Source of the DNA: Podarcis pityusensis | Taxonomy: Eukaryota | Direction: 5' to 3' (one strand) | Length of the DNA: 64,000 nt | Assembly: GCA_964106645.2 (NCBI GenBank) | Contig: OZ067039.1 | Shown here: one piece after another, positions 1 through 10,993 of the stretch | How positions within the stretch are numbered: position 1 is the stretch's first letter | Layout: each line of letters starts with the position of its first letter | Made by a program: the position numbers and the translations under genes | The notes under the pieces: generated by a model | Database searches by the model: none | The model's input: the letters and a program-made list of their open reading frames with translations, nothing else | What the model was told of the DNA's origin: nothing

Positions 1-188
1 CCAGCAACTGGTATACAGAGGTGTGCCACCTCTGATCCTGGAGGTAGGATACAGCACCTTTCTCCCCTTCGCACAATTGACAAAAACTGATGAGAACTTT
101 GATGTAGCAGTATTATGGGTACAGAATTTACTTGTACAGACCACTTGCTGTCATCCTAAACTGTCCATTCACTTAGCCTTTCCAGTTA

Positions 189-361
189 CAGTATTTTTCC
201 GTCTATAAGACACCCCCATGTATAAGACGCCCCCTATTTTGGGGGACTCAGATTTAATAAAATGGGGGGAGATGTATCTTGTGTACAGTATAAGACGCCC
301 CCTAATTTTTGACATTATTTTTTAGGGGGGAAAACCTAGTCTTATACATGGAAAAATACAG
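189..361. mobile_element. Tc1/mariner-Tigger-type MITE
   Basis: Imperfect TIRs: 5' CAGTATTTTTCCGTCTATAAGAC versus reverse complement of 3' end CTGTATTTTTCCATGTATAAGAC. TA on both sides (187-188, 362-363). Internal TATAAGAC(A/G)CCCCC repeated 3 times. Confidence 0.8.
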
Positions 362-3176
362 TAGGTCTTCTTCATCTGGTTGCATATCTGCTTGTAGTGT
401 TGAAGGGTAACCCTGCTAAGTCAGAGGCATGGAAATTGCTGAGGAGGGCAGAGCACCTCAAGGACTCTTCCACCTGTCCTCTTGGTGTGCCGTTCCATGT
501 CTTACACAACCATTGCTTTCTGCCGCTGTGGCTGGTTGCATTTATTCCAGCATGCTCATTAAAAAATATTTTAAGCTTTTGTGCTGAACCCGTCAGAGAT
601 TTGCCTGCTGGGATGACAAAAAAAAATAATCACCTGATCTAATGAAGCCTCACCTGCACAATGTTTAACCCTTTCTGTGTCTTCAAAGGTGAGAACCTGT
701 TTGTTTTTTAATGCCACAAATTAAGATTCCTAACTTCTTGAGAGCTTGGAAACCTGGCAACTTGTCTGCAGTTAGTAGGTCTACCCTGCTCTAAGTACTT
801 GGTTTCTACTACTGCCTACAAGTCAGTCTAGGAAGGAAATTTTTTGCTCTACTTCTGCTACATATCACATTGATGTATTTGATTTGGATTGATTCAGCTG
901 AATTGTTGTACTGTGAAGAAGAGTCTCATTATTTCCTTTGTTTTTCTGCTAGAAATGTGTTAACATGCACCCAATGGATTTGCAGTATGAACAGTAGTTG
1001 TTGTGAACTTTTGTCTTTTCTGTAAGTCGGGTCTAGAATAATTGTTTGGATTTACAGAAATGGCATGCTTAATACTCAGTTTGAAGCATTTTCCAGCCAT
1101 GTGAGATGTTGTTCTTCCTGGGTGCATCATTCGTCTACCTAGTTCAGTAAGCTGTCTTTGGCAGTAGTCAAATCTGACTGCTCTCAGAGGAAGTGACTAT
1201 GTTCTTGCTTTGTGATCTGAATGATGATAAAGTGTTGGCCTGCAGAGAGGCTTTCTGAACTTTATGAAATGCAGATCCTCTTTGCATTCTTAGTTAATAG
1301 TTCAGAGTTTCAGTTCTTAAGCTGGTGCATCTCAGCAGTTTCAGCAAAGAGAATGGACAATGGTGGAGGGTAGTTTCCTCATGGACAACCTTTGTGTGCA
1401 TGTTTTGCTGAACATTAGTGCAGAAGATGCAAAGTTGGTAGCCTGTTCCTTTAAGGACTTTGTACAAAGCTGGCACCATGCCCAGCCTCTTCTCTTCTTC
1501 TTCCCACTTCAAGGCTGTTCCTTTGGGGCTTTTCCTGAAACAATACCGCAAGCTACCCTGCCACTCTGCTTGCTCTGCTTGCCCTGCAGACAGTCTCTGA
1601 ATCAAGAGCCAGCTCTGCTTTGAGGGACAATGGAGAGTTGCAGCACAGGCAGAATGAACTATGCAGCCTGAGTCTGGATCTGTGCTGAAGGCGTAGAGAA
1701 CAAGGCTGTCGTCTGGAAACAGCGATATGGAAACTGAACCCCGTAGTCCTCAGAGTATGTGGGAAGGCGACTCCGAATTCAGCTTCCAGTTTTGGACCCA
1801 GCTTTTTCTGTGGATGCACTTGGTTGGCCGGTTGGTCACTTACGTCCTGCGTAGCTTTGGGGGGCTAAAGCAATAACTCCTTCCTGTCCCTTATGACTTG
1901 GTTGTTCTTTGGAGGTCCACTGTGACATCTAATATTTTTAGAGCTCTTTGGCAAGCAGTCCTATGAGGAAGAGACATCGCCCTGTATTTTTTCTTCTTTC
2001 CTTTTCCTTACCTCCATTCTTCTCTGTTCTGGATGGCCTTGCCTAAGAAAGGCTTCTTAACCTTGAGAGAAGGACAAAGTTTTAGAAGCAAGATTTCTGG
2101 TTTCTCTTCCCATGTTTATCCACACACTCTGGACTGTGCAGTAATCTTTTGCTTCATTCAGAGAATATGAGCTTTTGGGGGCTGCTTAGCAATAGAATCC
2201 AGAAGTTATGAGGACTGCCATTCTGCAAATGAATGTTCACCCTTGGAATGTTGTATTAGTGCTTAGAAAGAGTGATTTCTATCTCCAGAACATGGAGCAT
2301 CCAAGGGGATATGGGCTTGAATGAGATCCTACTTTGAGTTTTGGGGGGCCACACCTTGTCATATTCCATCTACAGCATCAGAGGTTTGCTTTGGTGTGCT
2401 CTAGTTTCATCAAGTTATCTGAACATCTTGGTCCCTTCCAACTCTACAATTCTATGATTCTATCTCAGTCTCCCTCTCTCCTTCAATTGTTTCTTCTTTC
2501 TGTTAAAGAATCACCTCGTTTTGGAAGATAATAGGGCTCCCCTACCTGACAATTTCCTTATTTGCCCTACCTTCAGCCCTGAGGGCAAAAGAGATTCGGA
2601 GAATTTGTGAGCTATTTTAAGCCTCATTGCATAGTCCTTGCTACTGCTGATCTGGCAGGCCTTCCTCCCTCTGTATTAATCAAATCTGCCTGCTGTTCAC
2701 CCTCTGATCAGCTGTGTAAGTGACCAGGCTCCCTGTATTTCTTTCTAAACAGAGAGAATATGGAATGAACTGTCTTGGAGCTTTTCTGAGCCTTAGCGTG
2801 GGGGCTTGGGAAAACCTGATATGGATGGCTGCCCCAGACTTGTTGCTGAACTGACATGAATGCTATAGTCCAGGGAGGTGGGTTTGATGGAAGTCGAGAG
2901 CAGTCGGCTCAAGCCAAATGCCTGTGTGAATCAGTTGGAGGGGAATGTTAAGAGCTCTGCTGAATCTGGGACTGTGTCTGTTCTCCAGTTGCTGCCTTTA
3001 CCCCTCTCTTCCTGTGGCGGGACAGGAAAAGCAGTGCCGCTGCCTCTACCTGTTGGCAAATAGCAATGACTGAAGAGAGTGCCCTCCTGGATCCTGATTG
3101 AGCTGCTTGGCTGTGTTTGCTCCGAGAGCAGAGCTGGGGCAGAGGAAAAGAACCGGTGATAAAATAAAAGAGAAAC

Positions 3177-3366
3177 ATGAGCCATGGAGCTGAGGTGAAC
3201 TCTCAAAACTCCAGCAAGGACAAAGGGTGTAAGATGTCGGCGCTACAGAAACTGGAGAGTCTGGCAGGGCGGATCTTTTACTGGGGGCCACGGAGTGATG
3301 CTGGGGCACCGAACGTTGGGGAGGCAGCCTATGAATCTGAGCACACGGCAGCCTGGAATGAGCAGA
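3177..3366 (+). CDS. PRKACA: PRKACA alternative first coding exon, long N-terminus (CalphaL-type, homologous to the Cbeta2 N-terminus)
   Basis: ATG with A at -3; 63 codons + 1 nt, then donor CAGA|gtgagt (3367). Phase 1 joins exon 2 as A+TG = Met (…AAWNEQ-MKEFLAKAK). ALQKLESLAGRIF and SEHTAAW match recalled human Cbeta2 ALQKLEGFASRLF and SEHTALW. Confidence 0.85.
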
Positions 3367-3773
3367 GTGAGTTGACAAGGGAGCACGGTTTCCAGGGGTG
3401 CCAGAATCGGTGGGTTCCCCCGAGGCTCTGCTCCAGAACTGCTGCTGTTCTGTGCCTCTTGGTGCATGCATATGCTTGTGGTTAAGTGTGTAACTGGAAT
3501 CTGAAATAGGGCTCTGATATTTTTCAGAGAAGCCCGCAAGTGGCTATAGCCTTAGCTCTGACAGCCATTCTGGCTATGACTGTTGACTACCTCTTTCCTC
3601 AGGCTAAGCTAAAGTTTAGGGTGCTCAACTTTAATGAGGCCACAGCTGCTTGGTGTGTGGCTTTGATTTTGGCCTTAGAGAAGCCCCATCGGTTCTCAAA
3701 AGCCCACTGCAACTTCTTACTATTTGTTATCATCTTTACAAGCTCTAACTCTACAAGTGTCTATTGCACAGCG

Positions 3774-3910
3774 TAGAGGTGGGGAGCCTGTAACTCTCCC
3801 AAAGTCGTTGGGCTTCTGCTTCTATCAACCCTGGCCCAAATAGCCAATAGGAAGGGATGATGTGAGTTGTAGCCTAGTAACATTGGCGGGGCACAAGTTC
3901 CCCATCCCTG
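3774..3910. mobile_element. Degenerate hAT-type MITE (family with CAGGGRTGGGGAACCTG ... CAGGTTCCCCAYCCCTG ends)
   Basis: Ends TAGAGGTGGGGAGCCTG / CAAGTTCCCCATCCCTG; internal GATGATG..AGTTGTAG motif shared with other copies (about 15785-15915, 16018-16150, 18018-18100, 32184-32290). Confidence 0.55.
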
Positions 3911-4659
3911 ACCTAGAGAAAGGCTAGCTGGAGCGTTCCTGGATGTTCTCCCACATTTTGGGGGAAGAATTGCAACTTTTTGGGAAGTTGTTGGCAAATG
4001 TCATTATTAAGAAGCAAATTCTCTTTGCCTGTGTGTGTTTCAAAACTTTCTTCCCATTTTGACAGTTTTTCCTCCGGCCTCTCCAACTGATGTTGTCACT
4101 TTAGCTGTTTTGGTTAAAATGTGTGGTCAGAGTTGTTGACATAGGGAATTTCAGTCTGAGGTTGACAGAGTTGTGAGTGAAAGTCATGGGCTGATGATTG
4201 TTGCTTTTTCCTCTTTGCTGCCACTACCAGTCAGGATTGTAGCTTTTGTTGTTGACTTGATGTGATGTCATATTCTATTTCTGTCACTGGCTGTATCTTA
4301 ATTCATGGTGTTGTCTACCTCTAGGGTGATGGGTCGTAAATAGATGGTAGGTCTTCTATTGTTCTGTCTGGACCACACATTACTCCTTCATCTAAGGCAA
4401 AAGGGAGTGAATGCAGTCTTTTCTTGGATCCTCAAGTATGTTTAAACAAAACTGTCACAATGTTTTGGCAATGCTGCTTAGTCTAAAATAGAAGCTTGTA
4501 GAACATCTGATGCCAGATTCTTCTTTGGCCCCTTTAATCTTTTGGCATTGACACCTCCTCCATGCTGCATCTGAGTGTGTTGCACATGAAGGAGAGTGTT
4601 CAAAACCACCAGCAGCACATTTTGGAACTATTTAGCATATACAATACACATGTAGATTC

Positions 4660-5250
4660 TGTTCAACATTTACATGAAACTGCTGACAGAGGTCATTTGT
4701 AGATTTTGGCTGTGGAGTCATCAGTATGCAGATGACAGCCACCTGTCTCTCATTTTCATTTGTTCCTGTAAGATAGTTGAAAGGCTGAATCGCTGTCTGA
4801 TATCTGTGATGGACTGGATAGGGTGCAATGAGGGGAAACATAATTCAGACAGAAGAGGTACTGTTGGTAGTTGGACCATGTGATATGAGATTGTTTTTGC
4901 AGCCTGTTATGAGTGGAAAGTGTGAAAGTGCAGGTACTTAGTTTGGGGATGCTCCTTGATCTGGGTCCTGTTTCTGCAGGTGGTGAGGGGTGCCTTTTCC
5001 CGGTATCACCAGGTGCAACAGCTACCATCCTCCCTGACACAGGGGAATCTTGCCACAGTCATTCATCCTCCTCTAGTGACCTTCAGATGACAGTGCTGTA
5101 ACTGTTTATGTGGGGCTGCCTTTCAAAAGTGTTTGGAAACCTCAATTAGTTGCTGCTAGAATGCAAGGCACTTTGAATCTGTAATGAATGTATATGAATG
5201 CTGATTCTACATGATTTTCACTAGCTGCTGATTAGTTTTCATGTTCAGTT
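4660..5250 (+). mobile_element. L2-clade LINE remnant (reverse transcriptase YADD region and downstream)
   Basis: ORF 4674-4883 reads MKLLTEVICRFWLWSHQYADDSHL...LNRCLISVMDW, the typical L2/CR1-clade RT segment; disrupted downstream. Boundaries approximate. Confidence 0.75.
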
Positions 5251-8200
5251 GCCTTGAACCCTCTTGTGAGGAACCCCAGGCTTTTGCCAGAGTTCGGCCT
5301 GCTCCAGAGAGGGTGCTCACCACACAACACCCTGCCTCTTCTTAGCCAGGCAGATAATAAATCAGAACTCCAGCTAACACTGCACAACTCTCTGGGTTCC
5401 TGAAGACCAGAAGGTCACTGCAGGGCCGGTCCCTTTGCATCAGCCAATCCACCCAATCTAACACACAGCAAGGCCATTACCTGTAATGCGCATCTGCCAT
5501 CAGCTCTGTCTTCTTTTGGTTTTTTATTTATTTCAAGATCAGAGCACTTGGGAAATGTGAAGTGCTTCCGATCTCCTCCGATGTTTCCAAAATTGACAAG
5601 CCAATTGGAGCAGCTCATTTCAACAGTATAATGTAAGACAGTAGGGGGTCATTTTGTTGCTGCCATTGGCAAGGATTTCTAATCCTTAGTTTTTTAATAA
5701 TCTACTATAAATCCCTTGGGGATCTGTTAGTAGAGTATCTTCAGCCCACCCCTGGCCTAGAGCATAAAAATACAGGGTAACGTCATGAATGATTGGTGGC
5801 TATTTAGCTTCCTGCATAGTTTCATTTGAATTAACTAATTAAGCAACTGCAGTAGGATTAGATTTCTCTGGATCTCTCAGTGATCCCTGTATTTCATGTT
5901 TATTAAATCCTCATAAAGAAAGCATGCTAGTTAAATCAGGGTGGGTTTTGTCTACCCTGCTAAGCACTGAAAAATTTGTTTCTGTTTTTCAGAGATGTCC
6001 TTTCAAACAAGGTGTTCTCTAGATTTGTGTCATCTTCTCCAGAACTGTTGACTGGATTTGCTTGCCTACCTTGCCCTGTCCAAATCCAGGTTTAAATGTG
6101 ACTGTCTTTGAGCTTATATTAGCTTGGCAACCCTAAATGCCTAAGCAACAATAAACAAGTATGTTACTTGTCAACCACCTGGCATCCACCCACTGGGGAA
6201 GATGCATAGAGTGCATCTGTCAGTGAAATTTTAGGCCTTAAGCATCTGTGCCCTTAGAGCTAGGTTGGCTGGCCAATTTCATTTAAACAAGGATCGACTA
6301 TGAGTTATTGGTACTCCTGGCTGAAACGTGGCAGACTTCCTATGTTGATCACTCCTGCAAGCTTAGTGTTAGCAGGACCAGTTGCTTCTCCAGGTCTCCT
6401 AAAGCCCACCAAAGCCTTCCCATGCCAGTTATATAGAACAGATGTCAAAGGGACTTGTAATTTGGGCAACACATGTTGTCTCTATTCCCAGGGATTCCCT
6501 TCCCTCAGTAACAGTCAGATGCATAGTTAAAACCAGTGCAGACTTGGAAAGGTTGGCAGCTAGGTAGAGCTGTTTATGAGAAATTCCTGCAAGATTTGTG
6601 ATGTACGCATTCAGTGAGATGAATTATGTTCCCAAGTGTAAATATGTTCAAGTGGTCTGGTCCTTTGCTTCCTAGGTCTTGGTACTGTTGATTTAAGAAT
6701 ATTGATTTCTCCCACTGTGCTTTAGGCTCTAGGACAACTTGAAAGATTAGTTCGCCTCTCTTGAAGACAAGGCATAAAGCAGCAGCAACCCCACTTCTCC
6801 GTGTGGCCTGGTTGATGCAAGGACTGCATATTATTCTCATGGCAATTGTGCATCTAGTGTTGCAGGAGAAATGTGATTGGTACATGCATTGAATGGTTAT
6901 CTCGTTAAATCACAGTGCAAGAAGGCATTGCTGCTTTTTCTCTCCCTCTCCCCGCCCCCTTTCCTTTGTACCTTCCCTATCTTATGCTATGGCAAGTTCA
7001 CAACACTGTGGAATAGAATGCCACTTTGAAGCCTAAGTTGGGCTGGCACCCTCGGCTCTGCAATAGCTGATGGGCAAGCGCTAAACAATAGCTGGTGGGA
7101 GGTGCTGTTTGACTCACTGCTTGCCTGCTAATTTTGGTTCTTGGCCTGAATCGGCTGCAGTTTCCTATTGAGCGCAGCCGTGTTAGGGACATGACTGGCT
7201 ATTCAATCTATTCCCAGGGAAATTGATTAGGGTCACTGTGTTCTGGGCCTCTGGCAAAGCTACTTTGTCCTTCATCTTCTAGACCACTGGGGCATTGTGG
7301 TTGAAGGGTAGAAAACCAGTGTCTCTCTCCTGTAGGTGGGCCTCTTACAGAACATGACAGACTGGTATTAAAGCAACCTGTAGCTGAGATAAAGGCTTCA
7401 GAATTAAAGAGAAGATGAGTGCTCAACCTTTTTTCTCTGGGTGCTGTGTTAAATTATTCTGACTGCACCTGTACACTCATAATTATTACATAATTCTGTT
7501 TTGAAGGCACTGAAGAATTCAGCAGAAATTGCGCTCGCTCCTTTCTGCTTTGATACTTTGTGTTCTTGCAATATGTCTCAAGGTACCTCCTCCAGTATCT
7601 AAAATGTCTTCATTCTGCACATATAACTTAGTGGAAGATGTTCCCAATGAGCTTCTTGCCTTAATTTTGTAATTTTGATGCTTTGCTTTAGGGTCTTATA
7701 AGCACAGCAATAGAGGGGCAGTCTGTTGCCATCCACTTTTGTCACCTACTTCCCAAAGCAACTTCCCTGGACTGCATTTGCTACTGTCAGTAATTTTTGC
7801 CTGCCTAGTTGAGGACTTGAGCACTTAACATTGCCTGTCTTTGAACCTCATCTTTCAGGTAGTATTGCAAAAGGGCAAATTACAAACTCTTTGATCATCG
7901 TACCACCTACCAACAAAACTTTTGTCTTTTTTGAATTGGGCTACATTTTATTGGTCCGTCGGGCAGCTGCTCACAACATCTACTACTTCACTGGAATAGA
8001 TTTAAAAGGAGAAAAATAACTAGGTGTTTTCAGCATTTTGATGGCACCTGACTCCAAATTCCTGGATGATTTTCCTCAGCTATGCCATTTAGATGTTAAA
8101 CAGCACGAGAAACAAGAAGGATCCTCCAACATCTTCTGGAATCAGCCAGTCAAGTGGAAAAAGAACTAGAAGAGAGTGGTATCTCTTATCACATGTCCGA

Positions 8201-8784
8201 TAACAGATCTAGAAGTATACCAAGAGAGATGGTATGAAGAGCCAGTGAGATGTCCAGGAGTATCAGTGGTTCTTGTTTTTAACCTGTAAGCCGCCTTGAG
8301 TCCTGTCAGGAAAAAGGGTGGGATATAATTAAGTATATTACTATAAAAATATATCATCAAAGCTACCCCACACCTCCCTCCTCTCTCACATACAAATTCT
8401 TTATGGTGACCAAAGCAGCATTGGTAGCAAAACTTGGCCAGAAGAAAGATTGATTAGCTAGATTTGAGAAGCCACCACCCTCTCAAACCCCTTGCCTCTC
8501 CTCCTCAGTCCACACATCTCACCAGCCCTGCTTCACGCCTTCCTCAAGTGCTTTTGCTGGCTGGAATGCATCCTTGAACTGTGATGATCCCATGTCCTCG
8601 TTGGGATGGAGCGATGTGTACTTTTGCATGGTCAGCTTCTGCATGATGTGGCTTCTGCATGGTCAGAATGCATCCTACTATACAAAGGTAGTAAGGGCTG
8701 CATCTGTCGCTCCACCTACTTATTGCTTCTGGTCCTGCTTCCTCTCTGGAATACAGATCTTGGAAAGCTGCTCAGGAGGGAACA

Positions 8785-8930
8785 AGACCCAGGTTCAAGT
8801 CACTGCTCAACCATGAAGCTCATTGGGTTGTCCTGAGACAGTAGCTCTTCCTGCTTAACTTACCTTACAGGGTACTTAGGAGGATAAAAGCTGAGGGAGC
8901 AGGGAGAACCATATATGCTACTCCCTGGCC
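8785..8930 (+). mobile_element. Old tRNA-derived (MIR/CORE-like) SINE fragment
   Basis: GACCCAGGTTCAAGTC (B-box-like), then CCATGAAGCTCA.TGGG and TACCTTACAGGGT, shared with copies near 14440-14650 and 27290-27440. Confidence 0.5.
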
Positions 8931-10900
8931 TTCCTTGAAAAATGGAGTATAATTTAAAAGCAACTGTATGGCAGGAATCTTTCAGCCATAAAGGAAGGAA
9001 TATTATAGTGGGACTGGGTGGGAGGTAGGAATGGAATGGTCACTTATAACACTGCACCTATCCAGTGGCAGGTGCTGGTAGCATTTGCTCAGCCCCATTG
9101 CACACAGTAGTAATAGCACCAAAGACTCCTATGCACAGGAAGAATTGCTTTTCCCAGGCATAAATAGTAAGTGCCATCACTGGCAAAGTGCAGTAACTCT
9201 TGGAACAGAAGCGCAGCTTCTGAGAAAGGCATCTCAGCTGCACATGACATGAGTTGCAACTGCATACTCATTGCATAAAAAAAAAATTGAAGGGCCCTAA
9301 CAAGAGACTTGTGCTCTATGGGCTCTATTTTTTTTTTTTTTAAAAAATGAGCTGCATACAAGCAGATGATCATAGCCAGTGCTAAAGCAGTGAATGTACT
9401 TTGTGGAGACTCTGCCCCCTGCCACTGCCCACAAGCACAGAATGGGATCTGTGTGCATAGAACGCCAACTGGTGACTATTCTGGAAGTGAGCCAGGGACT
9501 GGCAGCTTGAATGCCAGTGTTGAATGGTGTCATTGTTTCTTATTGATACACCTGCCCAAGAGCCATAGATTTTGGAAATGCAAGAGAATGAAATTCGCGA
9601 GGAAAAAACAGTGTCCAATCTTAAGTGAGAAAGGGAGCAGTATTATGATAGAAAGGGTTTGGTGGCTGCTGAGAGGAGAGAATCAAGACAGCGAGAGCCA
9701 CAGCAAAACTCCAGATTCCTCCACTGAGCATGTAAGCTTCCACGTTGGCTGCTCCCAGGACTGGACTGCACTAGCAAAAAAATTCCATATCAAGTAGAAG
9801 TACAAAAGCACTTTTGCCATATTTTAAATGGAATACATAAACAGGGTTCCTACTTGTTCTCAACAAACTTCTCCTTCAGAAAGTTAAGGAAACAATGAGG
9901 GACATGCTATTTTTAGATCAGAATCTGACTAATAGGAAGGAAATGTTTGAGTCTGTGAAAACAGTTGGCTATGTAAAAGAAAGTAACTATGAACTGCTGA
10001 AGTCCATGATCCTGAAATAGGAAGAGGAAGGGCAGCAGAATAGCAATGAATGTTTAACAGCTGAAAGCTTCAAAAAGAGCATTAGCTTTTTGAAAAGTGT
10101 TGGCTGGAAAAATGTTTTGAAAGGAGAATCTATGATAGCAATCAAAGCCTGATGTTCTTTCCTAATATGATCAGGGCAGGAAATGGAACCTCCAAAACAA
10201 AGTTGAAAGGAAGTCAACCTACCTTAATATCTGCCTCTGACTGATGGTTCAAATGGGGACATCTTGCATTGCTTCTACTGTCTGACCCTTAGAGAAAGGG
10301 AGTTCTGTTATGAGATATGCAGCTGCCTGGAACACCTGTGTTCTCCATGATTGCAAGTCATCATTTGGTGTGGCATTCTTGGGGTCTTCTGGGAATCTCT
10401 TTTGTGCCACCCCTAGGCATTTTGCTGCCTCAAGTAGAGCCCGAATTATGTCTACTAGGGTCAGCATTTTAAAATGCCTTTGCCACCTATTCAGGCACAG
10501 ATTCTTGCCTTCATCCATCTCTTCATCACTGCCCCTTTGGTGCCACATACAGCAGAACTCTACCTTGTTACATGGTAGGCATGGTCATGATTCCCCCCCC
10601 CCTTTTTTTTTTGAGATCATAAAATCTAAAAAAGATGGCATGTAGGGCTCAAACAATTTCAGACCAAATAGGTTTAAAAAATATGTAACTGTGCCTGCAG
10701 CACTAAAGGAAACCATTACTCACCTTGGAACCTGTTGGTAATTGGCCTTCTAGGGTAGTCTGATCCATCAAGAAGTATACCATGCTGTTTTGCCTCCAAC
10801 TATAGTCCTTTGCACTACTTTACAGGTGAAACATTTCCATGTGCGTCTGAAGGTTGGAAGGATGTTTGCCATGTCCGAAAGTGGGGTAGAAATAGATTTT

Positions 10901-10993
10901 AAAAATAAAAAAATTGTCCAGTAGCACCTTAGAGACCAACTAAGTTTGTTCTTGGTATGAGCTTTCATGTGCATGCAGACTTCTTCAGATACC
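10901..10993 (-). mobile_element. Penelope-like retroelement terminal-repeat fragment
   Basis: GTAGCACCTTAGAGACCAAC...GAGCTTTCATGTGCATGCAGACTTCTTCAGATACC resembles reptile Penelope-like terminal repeats (recalled) and carries a hammerhead core on the minus strand. Confidence 0.6.
10954..10993 (-). ncRNA. Minimal type I hammerhead ribozyme motif (degenerate helix II)
   Basis: Minus strand reads GGUAU CUGAAGA A GUCUGCAUGCACAU GAAA GC UC AUACC. Helix I is GGUAU/AUACC, core CUGANGA and GAAA, near-palindromic helix II, minimal helix III, UC cleavage site. Confidence 0.7.

Noticed and set aside
2311-2320. ATGGGCTTG resembling the Cbeta3 exon (MGL)
   Set aside because: No GT donor follows, and it lies upstream of the long exon.
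3367-3485. Remainder of the 102-aa ORF 3177-3485
   Set aside because: Similarity to Cbeta2 stops exactly at the GTGAGT donor; the rest is intronic read-through.
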